A stretch of 12,930 bases of DNA from contig JBMFOM010000057.1 in assembly GCA_049969615.1 (NCBI GenBank), forward strand, positions 1-12,930. Direction: 5' to 3'. How positions within the stretch are numbered: position 1 is the stretch's first letter; every line of letters begins with the position of its first letter. This DNA comes from a candidate division WOR-3 bacterium (GTDB lineage Bacteria > Hydrothermota > Hydrothermia > JBDRYB01). Below the pieces are notes generated by a model. It was not told where the DNA came from, did no database searches, and worked only from the letters and a program-made list of their open reading frames with translations. The translations under genes were made by a program, and so were the position numbers. Positions 7,867 through 12,930 of the stretch are shown here, one piece after another.

Positions 7867-8928
7867 ATGGCCAGGAGGGTTTTCCTTTTATCTCCATGGG
7901 GCGAAACAGATCCGGAGTCTGTGCACGGTGCGCCGGATCAGGCATATCTCGTCCGCGGTATGACAGAAAGGGGCTGGAACGTGATCAGGGTCGTGCCCGT
8001 GGAGTTTCGCCTGCCTCCGGTTCTCAGGCTGATGTTTTTCGGGCTGGAGATAACGCTGAACATGTTGATCATTCCCTGGAAGGGCTTGTGCCTGGCTCGC
8101 GGTCATGGAAAGCCGTGTCTCATAGTTTGTGTGGATGGCAAGCTCGCGCCAGGAGCACTCCTCCTCTCGTTCCTTACCAGAGCGAGGTCTTCCAGGTTCC
8201 AGCACGGCATCAAGGATTATCTGAACAGGAAAAATAGGCTCATGGGTTTCCTGTTGAACCCTGACGTCCCCCTAAATTATTGGCTACCCGGATTGCTCTT
8301 TGCCGTTGAGGACGGTTCTGGCGCGTGGAGACTAGGGGAAAGAAGGAAGAATTTCATCGGCCTACCCCAGGCAAGGCCTGAACATACCCCGGATGTTCAA
8401 AAGGATAGGATCTTTGTATTTTGCGGAAGGTTGAACCGGATGAAGGGGGCTCATCTCTTCATTCGTGTGGCGAGGCGAGTCAGAGAGTTGGTTCCATCGG
8501 CAGTTTGTCTGGTAGTTGGATCGGGCCCGCTCCTTGATGATTTCAAGAGGGAACCCTGGATTGAGCTGGCCGGAGAGCTGGCTCATCCAGAGGCAGTTTC
8601 GCGGATCGCGAGGGCAAGGGTTCTCTGCGCGACCGCCCCATATGGCAACTTCACCCTTCCGGTGCTTGAGGCAATGTCCTGTGGAACCGTGCCCGTTGTC
8701 TTTGGCGTGGGCTGGACAGCCGAGATGATCCGCGATGGGGGCATTGTAATCCGTCCTTTTGACGAGGAGGCAATGGCGCGAGAGGTTGCCAGGCTCCTCA
8801 TGGATGAAGAGTTCTTCCTGGAAAAGAGCAGAAAGGCCGCGGAGAGGGCAGGAGAGTTTCCAACCTGGCATAACAGAACCGGGGGGATCATTGACTGTCT
8901 GGAGGCGCTATGCTCAAGAGGCTCCTGA
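7867..8928 (+). CDS. Glycosyltransferase family 4 (GT-B fold)
   Basis: 353 aa. FVFCGRLNRMKG, VVGSGP and FTLPVLEAMSCGTVPV are typical GT4 C-terminal-domain motifs. Starts 1 nt after the GNAT stop, with a purine-rich SD. Confidence 0.9.
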   Translation: MARRVFLLSPWGETDPESVHGAPDQAYLVRGMTERGWNVIRVVPVEFRLPPVLRLMFFGLEITLNMLIIPWKGLCLARGHGKPCLIVCVDGKLAPGALLLSFLTRARSSRFQHGIKDYLNRKNRLMGFLLNPDVPLNYWLPGLLFAVEDGSGAWRLGERRKNFIGLPQARPEHTPDVQKDRIFVFCGRLNRMKGAHLFIRVARRVRELVPSAVCLVVGSGPLLDDFKREPWIELAGELAHPEAVSRIARARVLCATAPYGNFTLPVLEAMSCGTVPVVFGVGWTAEMIRDGGIVIRPFDEEAMAREVARLLMDEEFFLEKSRKAAERAGEFPTWHNRTGGIIDCLEALCSRGS

Positions 8929-10262
8929 GAGGCTCAGCCAAACTATACATCGGCTACGGGGTGACTCTTATAGCTGGTTTTGTCCAGCTGAAACTACTCT
9001 CGGTTCGGCTCAGTATGGTTGACCTGGGCGTATATTTTGCCCTACAGAGCGCGGTTGCCATTGTGGGTGAGCTGGCCAAGGCCGGCTTTCCGCTCGTTTT
9101 TGCTCACTATGTCCCTCGTTTTCAGGCTGAGGGCCGGGACCCGAGGCTCCTGGCTTTCTGGTCATTGCTCGGCCATCTGACAATAGGAATAATCTTGGAA
9201 GCAATTGCTTTAGTTGTCTCGTTTTGTGCGACCGGATCATTCCCCAGCAACCTGCCGTTTGCCGTCCTGTTTTTCTACGCCATGACCCATTATTCCCTCG
9301 CGTCGTCCTTCATACTCTCGTCCAGGAGGCCGGGGCTTTATTCATTCCTGAACTCCACCGGCGCGGTTGGATACGCCCTGTTGCTCCTGGTTTTCATGCG
9401 GCCCCTGAATCTTGAGATTGCCTTGCTTTCTGGCGCGGCCTCGTATATAACGCTTTCTGCTGTGGCGTGGCTTATTATGAGACCAACCCCTGGGAAAATT
9501 TCCCATCTCAAGGAGATAACATTCTACTGGAAATACGCCATCATGACGACTGCCCTCGGCCCGATTTTTACTTATGCTGACAGGCTAATAGCCGCGGCGT
9601 TCCTCTCATACGAGGCGGTCGCTATTTTCGGTGTGGCTAGGAAGATAGAGACCATAGGCAGGAATATTTTGGGCACGCCCCTTGACCTTCTCGCGCCGGA
9701 ATCCTCATACAACTGGCTCACCGGGGACAGAAAAGATATCCTGCGTCAGCTCGGCCGGTTCACTAGGTTCTACTTCCTCTGGGGCATCGCGGTCGTGGCG
9801 CTCATACCCCTCCTTGGCAAACCCGCAATAATCCTGGTTTCCTCGCCTCAATATGTATCGGCTCTCCCATACCTTCTCATCCTCTGGATAGGCGCAACCT
9901 TGGGAACCCTCTATTATCCCTATACTACGGTCGCAAGGGGCATAGGCAACATGAAGATATTCTTTTTCTCTGATCTGATCTGGACTGGAACCTACCTGAT
10001 GATTGCCCTTTCTTTTACATGGATGCTTGGTCTATGGGTCCTGGCAACCGCGCCATTGTTCGCCTCGGCATTCACGCTCCTGTTTGCCAGAACGGTTGTG
10101 TTTAGTTATCTGGGTGAGAGGAGAAAGGGTGTTTGGCTTGAGGTCGGAGCGTTTATCCTGGCCGCGGGTTTTGCAATTGGCGGACTTTTGAATCCCTGGT
10201 GGGCCGCGGGTGCGATAGCTGTCTGCGGCATTTACGGTATATTTGCTTGGAAACGCGCTTGA
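8910..10262 (+). CDS. Wzx/MOP-superfamily oligosaccharide flippase
   Basis: 450 aa with about 12-13 hydrophobic segments; LSMVDLGVYF and YADRLIAAAFLSYEAVAIFGVARK motifs. SD GGAGG at 8901-8905; overlaps the GT4 gene by 19 nt. Confidence 0.85.
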   Translation: MLKRLLRGSAKLYIGYGVTLIAGFVQLKLLSVRLSMVDLGVYFALQSAVAIVGELAKAGFPLVFAHYVPRFQAEGRDPRLLAFWSLLGHLTIGIILEAIALVVSFCATGSFPSNLPFAVLFFYAMTHYSLASSFILSSRRPGLYSFLNSTGAVGYALLLLVFMRPLNLEIALLSGAASYITLSAVAWLIMRPTPGKISHLKEITFYWKYAIMTTALGPIFTYADRLIAAAFLSYEAVAIFGVARKIETIGRNILGTPLDLLAPESSYNWLTGDRKDILRQLGRFTRFYFLWGIAVVALIPLLGKPAIILVSSPQYVSALPYLLILWIGATLGTLYYPYTTVARGIGNMKIFFFSDLIWTGTYLMIALSFTWMLGLWVLATAPLFASAFTLLFARTVVFSYLGERRKGVWLEVGAFILAAGFAIGGLLNPWWAAGAIAVCGIYGIFAWKRA

Positions 10263-10288
10263 TCCCGAACACGCCCTCTCCTTATAAT
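10259..10288 (+). promoter_or_regulatory. Sigma70 promoter of tRNA-Leu
   Basis: TTGATC (10259-10264, overlapping the flippase stop), 18-nt spacer, TATAAT (10283-10288), 10 nt before the tRNA. Confidence 0.7.
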
Positions 10289-10298
10289 CTTCAATCCG

Positions 10299-10382
10299 GC
10301 CCGGGTGGCGGAATTGGCAGACGCGCATGGTTGAGGGCCATGTGGGAGCAATCCCGTGTGGGTTCAACTCCCGCCCCGGGCA
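10299..10382 (+). tRNA. tRNA-Leu (anticodon GAG); CCA not encoded
   Basis: Acceptor stem GCCCGGG/CCCGGGC with discriminator A; D-arm GGCGGAATTGGCAGACGC; anticodon stem CATGG/CCATG with loop TTGAGGG; long variable arm GGGA-GCAA-TCCC; T-arm GTGGG-TTCAACT-CCCGC. Confidence 0.97.
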
Positions 10383-10457
10383 TGCCACTCCATGAAAAAC
10401 CTGAAGCTGGATCTTTATGGAGACCCCGGCAATCTACCGAGAATCTTAAAATTCAGA

Positions 10458-11303
10458 ATGAACCTCCTTCCCGATTGCGCCCCGTGCACCCTCCAGAAGG
10501 TCATCAGGCTGATAAGGACGAAGACCGGGGACGAGTGTCTGGTTCGTGAGGGGGTCAAGGAGTTTCTCCGTGTAATGGATACCCCTGGAATATGGGATTG
10601 CCCCCCTATGACACTGGCAACCCTGATATACAGGCGGATAAGGCCCATAATTGGAACCGACGATTTTCTCCGGGACGAAAAGCGCGAGCAGAACGCGCAG
10701 GCCCTCACCCTCCTGGAAAATATGCGAGACAGGGCCCTCTCTTCCGAAAACCCCACTAAATTCTCGCTCCTCCTAGCAACCGTTGGCAACATAATTGACC
10801 TCGGCGCGGCGCCGGACTATGACCTTATGGCAACCCTTGAGAGGGTCATGACGGGTGGGTTTGCTAGAGACGATTACCCCGTGCTCGCGGATAGATTAAG
10901 GAGTGCCAAAAGCCTCATGCTCATAGCCGATAACGCTGGCGAGATTGTTTTTGACCTGTTCTTCCTGCACCTGGCCCCGGTTCTCAGAAAGATAATCTGT
11001 GTCAGAGAGACCCCATTTCTCAACGACGCGATGGTCTCCGATCTTGAAGGTCTTCCCTATCTTGACGGTGTTGAAGTCATAACAACTGGCTCTGACACCC
11101 TGGGCGTGAACCTGGAGGATTCCTCTGACGAGTTCAAGAGGCTATTTAGAGAGACCGATGTGATCATTGCTAAGGGTCAGGCAAACCTAGAAAGCCTCAT
11201 GGACAAAGCGAGCCGCGAGGTCTTCTTTGCTTCAATGATAAAATGCGACCCTCTTGCCTGTTTATTCGGGGTTCCACGGGGAAGCGCTGTCCTCTTCCTA
11301 TGA
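10458..11303 (+). CDS. DUF89 / ARMT1-like damage-control metal-dependent phosphatase
   Basis: Motifs DCAPC, GNIIDLG, DNAGEIVFD, PFLND, IIAKGQANLESL and IKC. Start moved from the ORF-track 10356 (inside the tRNA) to ATG10458, which gives the family-typical MxxxxDCxPC N-terminus (281 aa). Confidence 0.9.
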   Translation: MNLLPDCAPCTLQKVIRLIRTKTGDECLVREGVKEFLRVMDTPGIWDCPPMTLATLIYRRIRPIIGTDDFLRDEKREQNAQALTLLENMRDRALSSENPTKFSLLLATVGNIIDLGAAPDYDLMATLERVMTGGFARDDYPVLADRLRSAKSLMLIADNAGEIVFDLFFLHLAPVLRKIICVRETPFLNDAMVSDLEGLPYLDGVEVITTGSDTLGVNLEDSSDEFKRLFRETDVIIAKGQANLESLMDKASREVFFASMIKCDPLACLFGVPRGSAVLFL

Positions 11304-11322
11304 TAGTAGCCATTATACTTCT

Positions 11323-11349
11323 AATGGTCATGGAATACCCGTGGTCATT
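11323..11349 (+). terminator. Stem-loop downstream of the DUF89 gene (possible terminator or processing site)
   Basis: AATGGTCATGG-aatac-CCGTGGTCATT forms 11 contiguous pairs including 3 G-U wobbles, about 20 nt after the stop. No poly-U tail. Confidence 0.35.
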
Positions 11350-11443
11350 GTCATAAACCAGACACTCAATTTTGGCTCCGAAACCACCAAACCATTACCC
11401 AAATTGGTTAGAGTCAAGAGAGCACGACTGGGTAAAGGATCAC

Positions 11444-11774
11444 CAGACTCAGAAAATGAGCTCTCACACTTTCTCAACCCACGGATCCTTTGTCCCCAAA
11501 GCAAAAGCTCTGAAACCCTTGGGGCCATGGTGGCCCAGGGACACGGGGATGGATGAAAATATTCCTCCGGCCAAGGAAAGGGTCGGGGGAATCCATGAGC
11601 TCTGTACAAACCGGGATTTTTCAGGGGTTTCATAGCGTCTTCACCGAGGCCTTGCTCTGCCTTGACCGATTGCGAGGAGAACACGCTAAGCTCTTGTGCC
11701 CCAAGAACTTACAGGCTATCCTAAATCAGACCTTGTTTCTGGGAGATGGATATGTGAGAGCTCAGACTCAGAAA
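11444..11774. repeat. MITE-like segment bounded by 12-bp inverted repeats and 12-bp direct repeats
   Basis: IR TGAGCTCTCACA (11457-11468) / TGTGAGAGCTCA (11753-11764); DR CAGACTCAGAAA (11444-11455 and 11763-11774). No convincing ORF inside. Confidence 0.5.
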
Positions 11775-11832
11775 GGGTTGAAACTGGGTGGGAAAAAGGA
11801 TTAAAATAATAGCCAAACTTTGGGAGATAAAA

Positions 11833-12827
11833 ATGAAGAATCTACGAATGTGCGTCTTGCTATCGTGATAGGGACTGTGAGGAGCCAGGATATGATCCCT
11901 GAGAGGATAGGCCACCTTGACCTTTCGTGTGCGTATGGGGTCGCGGCTGGTGAGGGTTACGCTTACGTAGCCCGCAAAACGAAGGGCGTGTTCGCAATAG
12001 ATGCCTCTGACCCAGCCGAACCGGTTCGGGTCGCGAACATGAGTGACCCGAACATGGACGCGAGAAGGCTCTTTCTAGATGGGGGCAGGCTCTATGTTGC
12101 TGGTTTCACGGGAGGCCTCTACATATACGATGTGTCTGACCCCAAAAACCCCAAGCTCTTGGGTAAATATTCCGATAGCCTGAAGCTTAACAACCTCTTC
12201 GTCTCAGGCGAGATCGCATATTTGGCCGGTGGCTATTCAACTGACAGCGGCCTGGTCATCCTCGATGTATCCAACCCTTCAAAACCTAGTCTCAGGGGCA
12301 TCTACAGGAACAAGGCCCAGAAGGATGGCGGGTATCAGTCCGTTTGGGTCACGGGCACAACCGTCTACGCTGGTACAAACGCTGGTGAGTTCCACATCAT
12401 AGATGCCTCAAAGCCTTCTTCCCCTGTCCTCCTAGGCAAATACTTCAACTCCGGTACCCCGGGCCACCAGCCCTGGCTATGGGGTATAAAAGTCCACGGG
12501 AATAAGGCTTACCTCGCGGATTGGGGAGCCGGGTTGATAATCCTGGATGTCTCGGACCCGAAAAATCCGACTGAGCTCGGCGTATTCACGGGTGGGACAG
12601 ATGGCCCGAATGAGTATGGGGTTGTGGTTGAAGAGGGTATCGCTTACATAGCGAACGGCTGGGGAGCCCTTACGGTAGCGGATGTCTCCAATCCCGGCAA
12701 CATCAGTTTCGTCTCCGAGTTCAATCCCCCTGCGACCACATACCTTGACATAGCCAAGCTGGGCGAGCTCATCTTCTGCGCAAACGGCGGTTCTCCACAG
12801 GGGCTTGATATAATTAGGATCAAGTAA
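11833..12827 (+). CDS. LVIVD-repeat beta-propeller protein; 5' end uncertain (frameshifted signal peptide from ATG11833, or intact start at ATG11892)
   Basis: Repeats YAYVA..GVFAIDASDP, LYVAG..GLYIYDVSDP, AYLAG..GLVILDVSNP, VYAGT..FHIIDASKP, AYLAD..GLIILDVSDP and AYIAN..LTVADVSNP; stop TAA at 12825-12827. Confidence 0.85.
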
Positions 12828-12930
12828 GGGCCATATGAGTCCTGAAAACCGTGTGTGATCCTTTCCCCGGATGTGCTCATTTTTGATTCTCAGCATACCC
12901 CCCTGGTTTGAGAAAGCCCGGATGGGTCAG

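Noticed and set aside
7281..9022. Alternative-frame and antisense ORFs over the GNAT and GT4 genes (e.g. 7281-7691, 8362-8871)
   Set aside because: They overlap confidently assigned genes and show no motifs.
10356..10457. ORF-track N-terminal extension of the DUF89 protein
   Set aside because: It begins inside the tRNA gene; the family-typical N-terminus starts at ATG10458.
11254..11915. Short ORFs of 64-118 aa on both strands in the DUF89-LVIVD gap
   Set aside because: Mutually overlapping, with no recognisable domains or transposase motifs; better explained as non-coding or repeat DNA.
12868..12910. Loose similarity (TGCTCAT, ATACCCCC) to the reverse complement of 301-323
   Set aside because: The matches are only 7-8 nt with different spacing, compatible with chance; not accepted as element ends.
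10360..12930. tRNA-Leu as integration site of a genomic island
   Set aside because: No duplicate of the tRNA 3' end and no integrase is visible in the window, and the next gene is a housekeeping-type DUF89. An att copy beyond the window cannot be excluded.

Overview
Bacterial chromosomal segment of moderate GC, devoted mostly to cell-envelope functions. Minus strand (4586->418): two tandem paralogous lipoproteins, a DUF488 protein, a secreted FG-GAP-repeat/FN3 protein with a T9SS-type C-terminal sorting domain (suggesting an FCB-related lineage; inference), and a short GH51-like glycoside hydrolase remnant. Plus strand, from a compact divergent promoter at 4587-4686: a four-gene cluster of an unusual 744-aa membrane domain-UbiA prenyltransferase-TPR fusion, a FemAB/CelD-like GNAT, a GT4 glycosyltransferase and a Wzx-type flippase. 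These are followed by tRNA-Leu(GAG), a DUF89/ARMT1-like phosphatase, a ~500-bp repeat-rich non-coding stretch with MITE-like inverted plus direct repeats, and an LVIVD-repeat protein whose apparent signal peptide is out of frame. Best candidates for novelty are the UbiA-TPR/GNAT/GT4/flippase cluster, the MITE-like or structured element at 11444-11774, the hairpin-dense region at 44-394 and repeated leaderless-type gene starts. All family calls come from motif recognition by eye; no database searches were run.
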